DNA of 64,000 nucleotides, from contig OY781043.1 of assembly GCA_963676165.1 (NCBI GenBank), forward strand, positions 2,122,793-2,186,792, given 5' to 3'. The DNA comes from Bacteroidales bacterium. Its GTDB lineage: Bacteria > Bacteroidota > Bacteroidia > Bacteroidales > ML635J-15. Positions within the stretch are counted from its first letter, which is position 1. The number at the start of each line of letters is the position of its first letter. The position numbers and the translations under genes were made by a program. Below the pieces are notes generated by a model that did not search any database, was not told the origin of the DNA, and saw only the letters and a list, made by a program, of their open reading frames with translations. Below, piece by piece: positions 48,043-58,701 of this stretch.

Positions 48043-49089
48043 ATGAATCAACTTCACAAGTCAGAAAAATTTATTGCAGATAACATTCAGGGCATGCTCA
48101 TGGCTTTTGGAATCCTGATTGTCATTACGATTATCGGAATCATTGGCTACATTCTTATCGAAGATTACAGCTTAATTGATGCGATCTACATGACCATCAT
48201 CACAGTTGCAACTGTTGGTTTCCGTGAAGTTGCTCCACTTTCTGCAGAAGGGAAAGTTTTCACCGTGATTATCATTGTCATGAGTTTTGGAGTTTTTGCT
48301 TATGTGTTATCCAATTTCACTCGATTCATTGTCAACGGAATTTTGAAAAATTACTTTAAATACAATAAAATGAAAAAGCGTATCAACTCTCTTTCTCAGC
48401 ACGTCATTGTTGTGGGATATGGCAGAAATGGCAAGCAAACCATTGAAGAGCTGACAGCTCACGGAGAACAAGTTGTCCTCATTGAAAATCGTGATGATGT
48501 CATTGAAATTGTGGAAGCTGATACCGACTACCTTTTCATTCAAGGAGATGCCACTCAAGATGAGATTTTAAAACTTGCAGGAATTGACAGAGCCAAAGCA
48601 CTCATCTCCTCCCTCCCAGTTGATGCAGACAATTTATTTGTTGTGCTTTCGGCAAGAGGAATTAACGATAAAATTAAAATCATTAGTCGTGCACAAGAAG
48701 AAAATGCCGACCTTAAGCTTAAACGTGCTGGAGCAGACAATGTCATTATGCCAGCAAAAACAGGAGGTCAACGCATGGCAAAACTCGTAGCACAACCCGA
48801 TGTCGTTGAATTTCTTGATCATGTTTTGCTCCAAAAAGTGGATGAGACCAGCATAGAGGAAGTTTCGTGTAAAGACTTATACTGCGGTTACGATAAAAAG
48901 ACAATTCGCGAACTGAATATCCGACAAGACAGTGGAGTCAATATTATTGGCATCCGTCGTGCTGATGGCAGCTACATTGTCAACCCAAAACCAGAAATCA
49001 CCCTAAACTGTGAAGATCGCATTTTTGTCCTAGGAGAAAAGAAACAAATTGAAATGCTCAAAAAGATTATCTGTCAGAAAGCAGACTAA
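48043..49089 (+). CDS. Potassium channel protein with TrkA-N/TrkA-C (RCK) domains
   Basis: Selectivity filter TVATVGF; VVGYGRNG; GDAT; RCK-C domain. Confidence 0.92.
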   Translation: MNQLHKSEKFIADNIQGMLMAFGILIVITIIGIIGYILIEDYSLIDAIYMTIITVATVGFREVAPLSAEGKVFTVIIIVMSFGVFAYVLSNFTRFIVNGILKNYFKYNKMKKRINSLSQHVIVVGYGRNGKQTIEELTAHGEQVVLIENRDDVIEIVEADTDYLFIQGDATQDEILKLAGIDRAKALISSLPVDADNLFVVLSARGINDKIKIISRAQEENADLKLKRAGADNVIMPAKTGGQRMAKLVAQPDVVEFLDHVLLQKVDETSIEEVSCKDLYCGYDKKTIRELNIRQDSGVNIIGIRRADGSYIVNPKPEITLNCEDRIFVLGEKKQIEMLKKIICQKAD

Positions 49090-49212
49090 GTCCAAACAAC
49101 TCAAGTCGTACACATTTGTTTATATTCTGTTGAGAATATCTGTCATTTACTGAGACATTCTTTGGGATATTCTGTTACTTTTGTAAACTCAAACATCTAA
49201 GAATTGAAAACA

Positions 49213-50058
49213 ATGGCTGATATTGAACGTTTGGAAAAAATCGCCTCGCAAGTAAGACGAGATATCGTAAGAATGGTACATGCTCAAAACTCCGGTCATC
49301 CCGGTGGCAGCCTTGGTTGTACCGATTATTTGGTAGCACTGTATTTTGAGTGCATGAAACACAATCCTGAAGCTTTCAGCATGGAAGCACATAACGAAGA
49401 CATGTTTTTCCTTTCCAATGGACACATTTCTCCATTATGGTACTCAGTGCTTGCTCGTAGCGGATATTTTCCAACCAAAGAATTGTCAACTTTCCGCATG
49501 ATTGACTCTCGTTTGCAAGGTCACCCAACAACACATGAAGGACTTCCTGGCATTCGCATTGCCTCAGGTTCTTTAGGACAAGGTTTGTCTGTTGCTGCAG
49601 GAGCTGCACTCGCAAAAAAAATGAATAATGACCCACAATTTATTTTCTCACTACACGGCGATGGTGAATTGCAAGAAGGACAAATTTGGGAAGCTGCACT
49701 TTACGCTGCTGCAAATAAACTTGACAATTTAATTTCTGCAATTGACTATAATGGCAAGCAAATTGATGGTCCTGTTGATGAAGTTCTATCATTAGGCAAC
49801 CTGAAAGCAAAATGGGAAAGCTTTGGATGGGATGTCATCGAAGCAGAAGGAAATAAGATGTCAGAAATCGTGAATGCACTGAAAGAAGCAAAATCACGTA
49901 CAGGAAAAGGAAAACCTGTAATGATTCTCATGAAAACTGAAATGGGCGCAGGTGTTGACTTTATGATGGGAACTCACAAATGGCATGGTGTAGCACCTAA
50001 CGATGAACAATTGGAAGCTGCACTCAACCAACTGGAAGAAACCATTGGAGATTATTAA
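49213..50058 (+). CDS. Transketolase, N-terminal (TPP-binding) subunit
   Basis: SGHPGGSL, LSNGH, LQGHP, GSLGQG, GDGELQEG. ATG at 49213; TACTTTTG at 49176-49183. Confidence 0.95.
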   Translation: MADIERLEKIASQVRRDIVRMVHAQNSGHPGGSLGCTDYLVALYFECMKHNPEAFSMEAHNEDMFFLSNGHISPLWYSVLARSGYFPTKELSTFRMIDSRLQGHPTTHEGLPGIRIASGSLGQGLSVAAGAALAKKMNNDPQFIFSLHGDGELQEGQIWEAALYAAANKLDNLISAIDYNGKQIDGPVDEVLSLGNLKAKWESFGWDVIEAEGNKMSEIVNALKEAKSRTGKGKPVMILMKTEMGAGVDFMMGTHKWHGVAPNDEQLEAALNQLEETIGDY

Positions 50059-51494
50059 TGAATAGTATCCGTCACATATGTATTTTTGCAGGACTCTTTA
50101 TCCTGACAAGCCTCAATGCAATCGCACAGGAGTTCAACCCCAACGATAGCCTAATTATTGACACCGAAAATGTCGAGGAAATTAAGCATGCAGACAAACC
50201 AATGACACGCATTCTCTTTATTTTCGACTCGTCACAAAGCATGCTAGGACGATGGGATGGCAGACGAAAAATTGATGTCGCCAGAGAGCTTATGTCAGAA
50301 TTATTGGATTCCCTCGCTACCATTGACGATATTGAAATCGGACTGCGTGTGTACGGACATCAAAAACCAGTGCCTCCTCAGGATTGTAGCGACACAAAAC
50401 TCGAAGTTCCTTTTGAACCTGACAATATTGATGAAATCAAATATGTACTTGAAGGACTTGTAGCACGTGGTACCACTCCTATTGCCCGATCTCTTGAAGA
50501 AGGAGCATACGATTTCCCCGACGATGACTTTAGCCGGAACATCATCATAATGATTACCGACGGTGTCGAAGCATGCGATGGCGACCCTTGTGCTGTTTCT
50601 CTCGCATTGCAAAGTCGAGGAGTCATCCTTAAACCTTTCATTATTGGATTAGGGTTGGATGTTGAGTTTAAAGATGTGTTTGAATGTGTCGGTTTTTATT
50701 TTGATGCGACCAATAGTCGGGAATTTAGACATGCGCTGAGAGCTGTGATGGATCAGGTGCTGAATTTCACTTCAGCGCAAGTGAATTTACTTGACACAGA
50801 AGGTAATCCAACCGAAACCAATGCTGTCATGACTTTCCACGATCATCTTTCCGGGGACATTCGATACAATTACATGCACTCCATCAATGAGCAAGGACAA
50901 CCTGATACTGTCCTTTTGGATATCATGACAAAATACGACTTGGTAGTGCATACAATTCCTCCTGTCCGTAAAGATAGCATTGTGCTAAATCCAGGAATTC
51001 ACAACATTATTTCACTGCCAGCACCACAAGGGTATTTGCGTGTTGAAATACCCGGAGGAAATGCCAGAGATAGCATGGTTGAATGCATCGTTCGTCAAGC
51101 AGGAAATCCATCCACGCTTAACGTTCAGCACATTCATCAAACAGGAAAATATATCACAGGAAATTACGATGTCGAGGTTTTGACAATTCCTCGCAAGGTC
51201 TTTACGGATGTAAACATCAAGCAAAGCTACATCAACAAAATACAGATTCCACAACCTGGTGAAGTCATCATTCATTTTGATGAAAGCATTGTCGGATCGA
51301 TTTTACACGAAAGTGGCGATAAGCTAGAAGTAGTTTACACCTTAAATCCCTACAAAAAAGACTATTCAATTCGCTTGTTACCAGGAAGATATCGCTTGGT
51401 TTATCGAAGCGCAAGAGAAAGAAAAACAAAATACACCGTAGAAAAACGGTTTAATGTATATTCAGGAAAACGTTTTGAAATTAAAACAAAGTAA
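50058..51494 (+). CDS. Secreted von Willebrand factor A domain protein
   Basis: Signal peptide; MIDAS DSSQSM, GTTPIA and ITDG; TAATG overlap with the transketolase N gene. Confidence 0.88.
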   Translation: MNSIRHICIFAGLFILTSLNAIAQEFNPNDSLIIDTENVEEIKHADKPMTRILFIFDSSQSMLGRWDGRRKIDVARELMSELLDSLATIDDIEIGLRVYGHQKPVPPQDCSDTKLEVPFEPDNIDEIKYVLEGLVARGTTPIARSLEEGAYDFPDDDFSRNIIIMITDGVEACDGDPCAVSLALQSRGVILKPFIIGLGLDVEFKDVFECVGFYFDATNSREFRHALRAVMDQVLNFTSAQVNLLDTEGNPTETNAVMTFHDHLSGDIRYNYMHSINEQGQPDTVLLDIMTKYDLVVHTIPPVRKDSIVLNPGIHNIISLPAPQGYLRVEIPGGNARDSMVECIVRQAGNPSTLNVQHIHQTGKYITGNYDVEVLTIPRKVFTDVNIKQSYINKIQIPQPGEVIIHFDESIVGSILHESGDKLEVVYTLNPYKKDYSIRLLPGRYRLVYRSARERKTKYTVEKRFNVYSGKRFEIKTK

Positions 51495-51496
51495 GC

Positions 51497-52450
51497 ATGA
51501 AAGCATTTGAAGTTCAAAATCATAAAGACACACGTTCCGGATTTGGAGCAGGACTGGAAGAATTGGGAAAAACCAATGATAAAGTAGTTGCACTCTGTGC
51601 GGATCTGACTGGTTCATTAAAAATGAATGCCTTTGCAGACAATCATCCAGAGCGTTTTGTTCAAACTGGTATTGCTGAAGCTAACATGATTGGTTTGGCT
51701 GCAGGACTTGCAACAGCTGGAAAAATTCCATTTGCTGGGACATTCGCCAACTTTGCTACTGGACGAGTGTATGATCAAATCCGTCAATCCGTAGCGTATT
51801 CCAACAAGAATGTAAAAATTTGTGCTTCTCATGCAGGGCTAACTCTTGGTGAAGACGGCGCAACACACCAAATTCTTGAGGACATTGGACTGATGAAAAT
51901 GCTGCCTGGAATGACTGTAATTAATCCTTGTGATTACAACCAAACAAAAGCAGTAACCATCGCAATTGCCAACCACGAAGGTCCTGTATATCTCCGTTTT
52001 GGACGTCCAAAAGTACCAAACTTCACACCTGAAGATCAACATTTTGTTATTGGCGAAGCAGTTCAACTCAACGAAGGCAGCGATCTTACAATTATTGCTA
52101 CAGGTCATTTAGTATGGAAAGCCATTGAAGCAAGTCAAAAATTGGAAGAAAATGGAATTTCTGTTGACTTAATAAATATTCACACAATTAAACCTTTGGA
52201 CAAAGAAGCCATCTTACAATCAGTGAGTAAAACAGGCGCTGTAGTTACAGCTGAAGAACACATGATGAATGGAGGCCTTGGAGATTCTGTCGCTCAGTTA
52301 CTTGCACACTATCTGCCTTGTCCAATTGAAATGGTTGCCGTAGATGACAGTTTTGGTGAAAGCGGAAAACCAGAAGCATTGATGACAAAATACGGCTTGG
52401 ATACTCCAGACATCATTGAAGCTGCGGAACGTGCTATGGCGCGCAAATAA
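51497..52450 (+). CDS. Transketolase, C-terminal subunit
   Basis: [29 protein letters not shown]. Confidence 0.95.
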   Translation: MKAFEVQNHKDTRSGFGAGLEELGKTNDKVVALCADLTGSLKMNAFADNHPERFVQTGIAEANMIGLAAGLATAGKIPFAGTFANFATGRVYDQIRQSVAYSNKNVKICASHAGLTLGEDGATHQILEDIGLMKMLPGMTVINPCDYNQTKAVTIAIANHEGPVYLRFGRPKVPNFTPEDQHFVIGEAVQLNEGSDLTIIATGHLVWKAIEASQKLEENGISVDLINIHTIKPLDKEAILQSVSKTGAVVTAEEHMMNGGLGDSVAQLLAHYLPCPIEMVAVDDSFGESGKPEALMTKYGLDTPDIIEAAERAMARK

Positions 52451-52456
52451 GGCTGA

Positions 52457-53005
52457 ATGAACGAACATCTTGACGATCAGGAAATATTAAAAATTTTCAG
52501 GACAGACAATCCTGATTATGCATTTAATCTGTTGGTAAAAAAATACCAAGAACGGTTGTATGCTTCCATACGCAAAATCCTGATTCAACATGATGACACC
52601 GATGATGTCCTTCAAGAATCACTTATTAAAATTTATCAAAATCTGAATACGTTTAGAGAAGACTCCAAGCTTTTCTCTTGGATGTATCGTATTGCTGTCA
52701 ATGAAGCACTCGGACATATCCGTAAACAAAAACGTCGGTACGTTTTCTCCAGCTTTTCGTATGAAGATAGCTTAATACAATCTCTACACTCCGACACATT
52801 TTTTGAAGGAGATGAGATTCAAAAAAAGCTTCAAGAAGCAATTTTAAAGCTACCTCAAAAGCAACGTTTGGTTTTTAATATGAAATATTACGACGATCTA
52901 AAATATGATGAAATATCGGAAATATTGAAAACCAGCAAAGGGGCTTTAAAAGCTTCATATCACCACGCCGTGAAAAAAATTGAAAAATATTTGAATGAGA
53001 ATTAA
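52457..53005 (+). CDS. ECF sigma-70 factor
   Basis: Region 2 DDVLQE...FSWMYRIAVN; region 4 LPQKQRLVF...YDEISEIL. Confidence 0.93.
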   Translation: MNEHLDDQEILKIFRTDNPDYAFNLLVKKYQERLYASIRKILIQHDDTDDVLQESLIKIYQNLNTFREDSKLFSWMYRIAVNEALGHIRKQKRRYVFSSFSYEDSLIQSLHSDTFFEGDEIQKKLQEAILKLPQKQRLVFNMKYYDDLKYDEISEILKTSKGALKASYHHAVKKIEKYLNEN

Positions 53006-53036
53006 ACGAAAAGTATATTTTAGCATCTAATTAATA

Positions 53037-53453
53037 ATGAAACGCTTAAACGACATACCGAAAGAAGATAATTTCAAAGCTCCTGATGGATATTTTGATA
53101 CACTTCCTGATAAGCTAAGAGAAAGCATTGAACATCGGAAACAGGCTGATGTAAAACCAAGCTTTTTTACAGTACTCAAGCCTTATTTGTATTTTGCCGG
53201 CTTCTTTGTTGCTCTCGCAATGATAATTAAATTAGGGCTTAATACATTTACTGGAGACTATCACAATCAAACAATTCTGGCTGAAGAAACCACAATTGAT
53301 GATTCCGAATACTTTGAATATGAATTGATTTCTGAGGAGCTCATTTACCAAGAGCTAGAAACAGAGGAAATTCAAACAACTGAAATCCCTGAGGAAACAA
53401 TGATTGCATATCTTACTCAGGATGAATTTACTGAAATCTTGTATTACGAATAA
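53037..53453 (+). CDS. Putative anti-sigma factor (single TM)
   Basis: FKAPDGYF motif, one TM helix and an acidic tail; directly after the ECF sigma gene. Confidence 0.6.
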   Translation: MKRLNDIPKEDNFKAPDGYFDTLPDKLRESIEHRKQADVKPSFFTVLKPYLYFAGFFVALAMIIKLGLNTFTGDYHNQTILAEETTIDDSEYFEYELISEELIYQELETEEIQTTEIPEETMIAYLTQDEFTEILYYE

Positions 53454-53458
53454 AACTG

Positions 53459-53956
53459 ATGATTATGAAACGATTAATAATAGTACTATTTGCCATTCTT
53501 CCAATTTTAAGCTTTGCACAACGCGGTCAAGGTCATGGACAAGGCAGAATGGAAAAAATTTCACACGAAGAAATGCGTGCTGAAAAAGTAGCGTACTTAA
53601 CCACTCAAATGGATTTAAGCATAGATGAAGCGCAAAAATTCTGGCCCATCTACAACAGCTATCAAAAAGAATTAGAAGCGTTGATCACTGAAATGCATGA
53701 AATCATGGATTACATCAGAGACAATAAATCAAAAATTTCAGACTCTGACTTGGAAACAAAAATTGATAGGCTGATTGCAATCGATGAAGAAAAAGCAGAA
53801 ATTACGTCGAAATACCATGTAATGTTCAAGAAAGTACTTAGCATTAAGAAAATTGCGATGCTTTATGAAGCAGAACATGGATTCAAAAAACACCTACTTG
53901 AAAAATACCGCCAAAAAGGAAGAGGTAATATGCCCCCTCCTGACATGCACGAGTAA
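53459..53956 (+). CDS. Periplasmic helical protein (Spy/CpxP-like partner of the ECF system)
   Basis: Signal peptide; KVAYLT..MDLS.DEAQKFWPIY. Confidence 0.65.
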   Translation: MIMKRLIIVLFAILPILSFAQRGQGHGQGRMEKISHEEMRAEKVAYLTTQMDLSIDEAQKFWPIYNSYQKELEALITEMHEIMDYIRDNKSKISDSDLETKIDRLIAIDEEKAEITSKYHVMFKKVLSIKKIAMLYEAEHGFKKHLLEKYRQKGRGNMPPPDMHE

Positions 53957-53974
53957 CAGGTGTCAGGAGTTAGG
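53957..53974 (+). repeat. Short heptamer array (YAGGWGT), left copy
   Basis: CAGGTGT-CAGGAGT-TAGG immediately after the stop at 53956. Confidence 0.6.
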
Positions 53975-53983
53975 TTTTACATT

Positions 53984-55606
53984 TTAAAAACCCAATCCGA
54001 ACCACTGCCAATATTGATCTTCAAGTTGTTTCCAGCGGTATTTTGTTTGACCGGTAAAATCGCGAGTATAATCATTCAAAAGCTCCTGAGCTGCTTCTTT
54101 ATTTCCATTCTCCAGCAATTCCATCACTTGCTTTTCAATTTCAGCAGTTTCACGACTTGCTTTTGCTTCAAAATAAGCAACTTCTTCCATCATACCGCCT
54201 TTGGTTGACTGCCATTGCAGAGTAGCTAATTTATTGGCTTTACGATAATTCCAAATGGTAGCATCTTCACGGTATTGTTTCTGTCCACAATACATAAAAC
54301 TTTCAGGCAATTCAGTTACGCCGGCAAAAATTGGAATACGTGGGCTTTGCGCAGGATTATCGAATGAAAACCACACCAAACCACCAACTTCATCCGGCAA
54401 CCAGTCTCTTAACTGAATAATGTGAGAATATGAACACCATGAAACAGCCACTGTACGTTGAAATTCGACAACATCTTCTGAAAGTGCATTGTACAATTTT
54501 CTTTCATTGCGCATAGCCCAAGGATGTGCAATTCGAGATTTTACAGTATCTACACCTATCTCCTCACCATTCTCATCAAACTTTTTCTCCGTCACAAGCA
54601 GATTTTGTGTCATATCATATTCTGTATCTTCATAGGTTTCACGATACAATGCAATCACGTCATGTACAGAAACTTGTTTATCTGGTTTAACGGAAAAAGG
54701 AAGTTCATCAGCATCAAATTTCAAATTTTCAGATGGTGCCAATGTATTCAGTATGAAGTATTCACGAATTTTGAATGGTTTGTCCACACCACCATAAGCT
54801 TTCCAGAATTTGAATTCACTTTCACCATCCCAAAGCTCCAGTTTTTTGGCAACCTTCATCACATTTTTCGAAGCCATGAAATAATCAGGATTATCTAAAT
54901 CCAAAGTTCCAATACGAGAAATATTTGCTGACACACCAACATGATCATCAGGAATACGCTGAGCAGCCCAAACACCACCAACTTTCTTTGGACCTTCTCC
55001 GAAAATCTCCATTTGCCATACTTCATTTTTATCTGCGATGGTAATGCATTCACCCCAATCTCCGTATCCGTATTTTTCAATCAAGTCAGAAATTAGAAGA
55101 ATTGCCTCACGGGCTGTTGTACAACGCTGCAAAGCGACACGTTGCAATTCCTCAATATGAAACCAACCTTCATCATTCACCAGCTCTTTCGGACCAACAA
55201 TGGTAGTTTCACCCATAGCCAACTGCTTTTCATTTAAACATGGATAAGCAGTATTCAAATAAGCATAAACATGTTCTGCTTGAGGGATTTCCCCAGCAAT
55301 TTCAACACCACGCATGTCCCAAGGAGTTTCTGTTTTCAAACGATATTTATAAATTTTATCCGTGGTATCATTCTCAAAAGTTTGAGACTTTTCCATCTGC
55401 AACCATGTACGGTATCTCCCATCGCAAGTATGACTAGTAATTACAGAGCCATCTGTAGATGCTTTTTTTCCAACCATTATGCTGGTACAACTCTCCCCGA
55501 AATACGGATCATTTATCTGATCGTAAATGCGTTGTGCATTGCCTGACATTGTAAATCCAAGCACTAAAAATGTCGAAAATAAAATGTTTCGTATCATATC
55601 ACTCAT
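53984..55606 (-). CDS. Peptidase C69 family dipeptidase (Ntn hydrolase), secreted
   Basis: Signal peptide from ATG 55606 or 55597; nucleophile CTSIMVGKKAS.DGS; LNEKQLAMGETT; TAREAI. Confidence 0.9.
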   Translation of the reverse strand: MSDMIRNILFSTFLVLGFTMSGNAQRIYDQINDPYFGESCTSIMVGKKASTDGSVITSHTCDGRYRTWLQMEKSQTFENDTTDKIYKYRLKTETPWDMRGVEIAGEIPQAEHVYAYLNTAYPCLNEKQLAMGETTIVGPKELVNDEGWFHIEELQRVALQRCTTAREAILLISDLIEKYGYGDWGECITIADKNEVWQMEIFGEGPKKVGGVWAAQRIPDDHVGVSANISRIGTLDLDNPDYFMASKNVMKVAKKLELWDGESEFKFWKAYGGVDKPFKIREYFILNTLAPSENLKFDADELPFSVKPDKQVSVHDVIALYRETYEDTEYDMTQNLLVTEKKFDENGEEIGVDTVKSRIAHPWAMRNERKLYNALSEDVVEFQRTVAVSWCSYSHIIQLRDWLPDEVGGLVWFSFDNPAQSPRIPIFAGVTELPESFMYCGQKQYREDATIWNYRKANKLATLQWQSTKGGMMEEVAYFEAKASRETAEIEKQVMELLENGNKEAAQELLNDYTRDFTGQTKYRWKQLEDQYWQWFGLGF

Positions 55607-55749
55607 TTTCAATTCGAACGTAAAATACAATTTATTTGCGATGCAATCAAATGGATTTGTCATGACTTCTGCGTAATTTCGTAGTTGCGTAGACACATGG
55701 TTGCGACACAACACCGTTTCCTGCCCAATCCCCTTACTTCCAGCAAACT

Positions 55750-55791
55750 CCTAACACCTGACACCTAACACCTGACTCCTGTCCCCTGTCA
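55750..55791 (-). repeat. Heptamer tandem array (6 units), inverted relative to 53957-53974
   Basis: CCTAACA CCTGACA CCTAACA CCTGACT CCTGTCC CCTGTCA, overlapping the rluD stop. Confidence 0.8.
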
Positions 55792-56853
55792 CTCCTCTAT
55801 CTCTCGATTCGAAACATAAGCACGCCACTTCTCAATGGCTTGAGTCATATCCTCAGGAATTTCAGAATTAAACATCATCATTTCACCTGTTACCGGGTGT
55901 TTAAACCCTAATTCTTTTGCATGCAAGGCTTGACGCGGCAAAATATTAAAACAATTTTGAACAAACTGCTTGTATTTTGTAAAGACAGTTCCTCGAAGCA
56001 CCTTATCGCCACCATAGGTTGCATCATTGAATAAGGGATGTCCTATGTATTGAAAGTGCACTCGAATTTGATGAGTACGACCAGTTTCTAATTGGCATTC
56101 TACTAAATTGACATAGCCCAACTCTTCAATCACCTTATAATGGGTTACTGCATGCTTTCCGTAATCGCCTTCAGGGAAAACATACATGAGTTTACGATTT
56201 TTCAGACTACGTCCTACATTACCTGTGATGGTACCTTCAGGTGGATTTGGCATACCCCAAACCATAGCGATATATTTTCGGCGAGATGTCTTATCAAAAA
56301 ATTGCTTAGACAAATGAGTAAGTGCATGTTCTGTTTTTGCGACAACCAACAAGCCGCTGGTATCTTTATCGATACGATGCACGAGCCCTGGTCTATCGTT
56401 AACTCCCTCGAACAAAGGCAAATGTTGAAAACGATACATAAGCGCATTCAACAGTGTTCCGGTATAATGTCCGTATGAAGGATGCACAACCATACCTGCA
56501 GGCTTATTGACAACAATGAGACTTTCATCTTCATACACAACCTCAATTGGAATGTCTTCAGGAATAAGTTCAATTTCCCGTTTTGGATAATCTAAGCGAA
56601 CACTAACCTCATCTCCGGGTTTTACTTTGTAATTGGATTTCTTTGGTTCTCCATTGACATAAATATTTCCAGCATCGGCTGCAACCTGAATTTTATTTCG
56701 TGAGGCATTTTGCAGCCTATCCACAAGAAATTTGTCCAGTCTCAATACTTTTTGACCTGGGTCTGCAATAATTCTGTGATGTTCGTACCCATTCTCCCTT
56801 TCTTCACGTTCTTCATCGTCAAATATCTCGTCTGATTCCAGATAGTCTGTCAT
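55789..56853 (-). CDS. rluD: RluA family pseudouridine synthase (RluD-like)
   Basis: S4 domain RLDKFL, NKPAGMVVHP, HRIDKDTSG, LETGRTHQIRVH, RQALHA. Confidence 0.93.
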   Translation of the reverse strand: MTDYLESDEIFDDEEREERENGYEHHRIIADPGQKVLRLDKFLVDRLQNASRNKIQVAADAGNIYVNGEPKKSNYKVKPGDEVSVRLDYPKREIELIPEDIPIEVVYEDESLIVVNKPAGMVVHPSYGHYTGTLLNALMYRFQHLPLFEGVNDRPGLVHRIDKDTSGLLVVAKTEHALTHLSKQFFDKTSRRKYIAMVWGMPNPPEGTITGNVGRSLKNRKLMYVFPEGDYGKHAVTHYKVIEELGYVNLVECQLETGRTHQIRVHFQYIGHPLFNDATYGGDKVLRGTVFTKYKQFVQNCFNILPRQALHAKELGFKHPVTGEMMMFNSEIPEDMTQAIEKWRAYVSNREIEE

Positions 56854-56856
56854 TGT

Positions 56857-58701
56857 TTATTTTCTTATCAGTAATTTCTGTTTACCCACCATTGCATCAT
56901 CCTTATAAAACAGCAGAAAATACAAGCCTTCAGAATAAGATGACACATTATAACTTTCTTTTGCATTACTTTGATACACCAAATGACCAGTTGCGCTTAC
57001 AATCTGTAATCGATCATAATTATTTGGGGTATCAATGTAAATTTGGCTGCTTGCCGGATTCGGATACACATCAAAATCGGTCAATCTAACTTCCTCTTCA
57101 GGGACACTTAAATATGGAGTTTCACTAAAGACAGGACGTACCATGAGAGCCCCTTCAAAACTAATTTCTTCCCAAGTACCAAACACGTTGTAATGTATTT
57201 TTTCGCTGGCATTTCGATTCAAATCGAATCCAACATTAAGCATATCATCTGTTGTTTTTGTCCAGCCAATATGGAAAGTCTCACTCACATACACAGGTGT
57301 ATCCAACGCGTAGTAAGTATATTGAAATAAACTGTCTTTAAACTCAGGGCGCACACCAATTTGATAAGAGAGGGTATCACCAGGCACACCATCGTCATCA
57401 TCCCACACCATAAGATAAAAATAATGCTGGTTTTCATCATTCAACACACGGTTGAAATAGATATTCACACCACGCAAAGTGTCTCCAACCAATGGTGCAA
57501 ACTCATATGACACTGAGGCTGAACTTGTTCCAACGCCACCAATACCATAACCAACTTCGGGACTGCCATCATCATAAGCATAATAGTTGCTAAAGTTTTG
57601 ATGGTAATACACGGTATCATTCCAGCGGAAAAGCAAACGATCTGCTTCATCATCGGTACTGATATAACCTTTGATTAAAAAGCGTGCAGAATCTGTTAAA
57701 TCAGAATCAAATTCATACGGTACTGCTTTTGCATAACGAAGCGTTTCAAACTCAATAATGTTTTCACTATCATCATTATCAGAAATACCAACACCACTAC
57801 CCCATTCATCAATAATTTCAAATTGGCGGTTAACAGCTTGTCCATTTTCACCATTACTACGGTAAATATACACCAAACTATCGGAAGTAACTTGCTTTGC
57901 GAGGTAATGCTTCCAAGGAACAGACTCAAATCCAGTCAGCAGCGATGAAAAATTATACATCATGGCGATATCATTGATAATAGTATCATTCACGCTGCGC
58001 TCGGTATCCAACCACACATAATCCACATTCCAGATGTCATTATTTGAGTTAAATGATGGTTCCTGAGCATTTACCACATTCGAAGCGTAGTTTACAAAAC
58101 GAAATTGAAATCCTTTTTTCAAAAGATAATCCTCTCTGATAGGAATTAGCTCATAATGGAATGCTGTGTCAGAGACTCCACCTTCCATGCTCCAAACTGA
58201 GTGCCAAGTAGTATCAGGAGAATTAAACATTAGGACTAAAGAGTCTTGTTCTTCAGGTTTTTTAGCATTGCCGCCTCGTTGCCAAGCAAAGCTCAGAATA
58301 ATAGAGTCAGAAGCAGGATATTCAAGATTTATAGGACGTGAAGTCAGCATTTCTGACAACTCCCCACCTGTTGAGAGCGAACGAATTTGTCCTATGGAAT
58401 CTGCCATATCAAGGCTTGCAACGCCATAAGAAATTGGGTCCATTGCCCAAGTGCTGTTCACATAAGCATCATATCCTATCCAACGCTCTTGGTCAGGATA
58501 AACGTTTATCACAGCAAAATCATCAAAAAAAGGCAATTCCAGTGTATCGTTTGTCGATTTTGTAATGGAGAAAATTCCAGGCTGAGATTTAACGATCTGT
58601 TCCAAGATTGGATTTCCTTCGAGTTCAATTAGGCGTTCCTGTGCATAAGTCTGCAAAGAAAAACCTAAAACGACAATGCATAGAAGTTTTTTAATCATCA
58701 T
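56857..58701 (-). CDS. T9SS type A cargo protein
   Basis: Signal peptide; LPFFDDF; YYAYDDGSPE; GALMVRPVF; VYPNP CTD. Confidence 0.85.
   Translation of the reverse strand: MMIKKLLCIVVLGFSLQTYAQERLIELEGNPILEQIVKSQPGIFSITKSTNDTLELPFFDDFAVINVYPDQERWIGYDAYVNSTWAMDPISYGVASLDMADSIGQIRSLSTGGELSEMLTSRPINLEYPASDSIILSFAWQRGGNAKKPEEQDSLVLMFNSPDTTWHSVWSMEGGVSDTAFHYELIPIREDYLLKKGFQFRFVNYASNVVNAQEPSFNSNNDIWNVDYVWLDTERSVNDTIINDIAMMYNFSSLLTGFESVPWKHYLAKQVTSDSLVYIYRSNGENGQAVNRQFEIIDEWGSGVGISDNDDSENIIEFETLRYAKAVPYEFDSDLTDSARFLIKGYISTDDEADRLLFRWNDTVYYHQNFSNYYAYDDGSPEVGYGIGGVGTSSASVSYEFAPLVGDTLRGVNIYFNRVLNDENQHYFYLMVWDDDDGVPGDTLSYQIGVRPEFKDSLFQYTYYALDTPVYVSETFHIGWTKTTDDMLNVGFDLNRNASEKIHYNVFGTWEEISFEGALMVRPVFSETPYLSVPEEEVRLTDFDVYPNPASSQIYIDTPNNYDRLQIVSATGHLVYQSNAKESYNVSSYSEGLYFLLFYKDDAMVGKQKLLIRK

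Noticed and set aside
55607-55714. 36-aa N-terminal extension of the C69 peptidase given in the ORF track
   Set aside because: It precedes a normal signal peptide and starts at GTG in intergenic-looking sequence. Likewise the upstream starts at 6563, 9349, 15350 and 49204 were not adopted.
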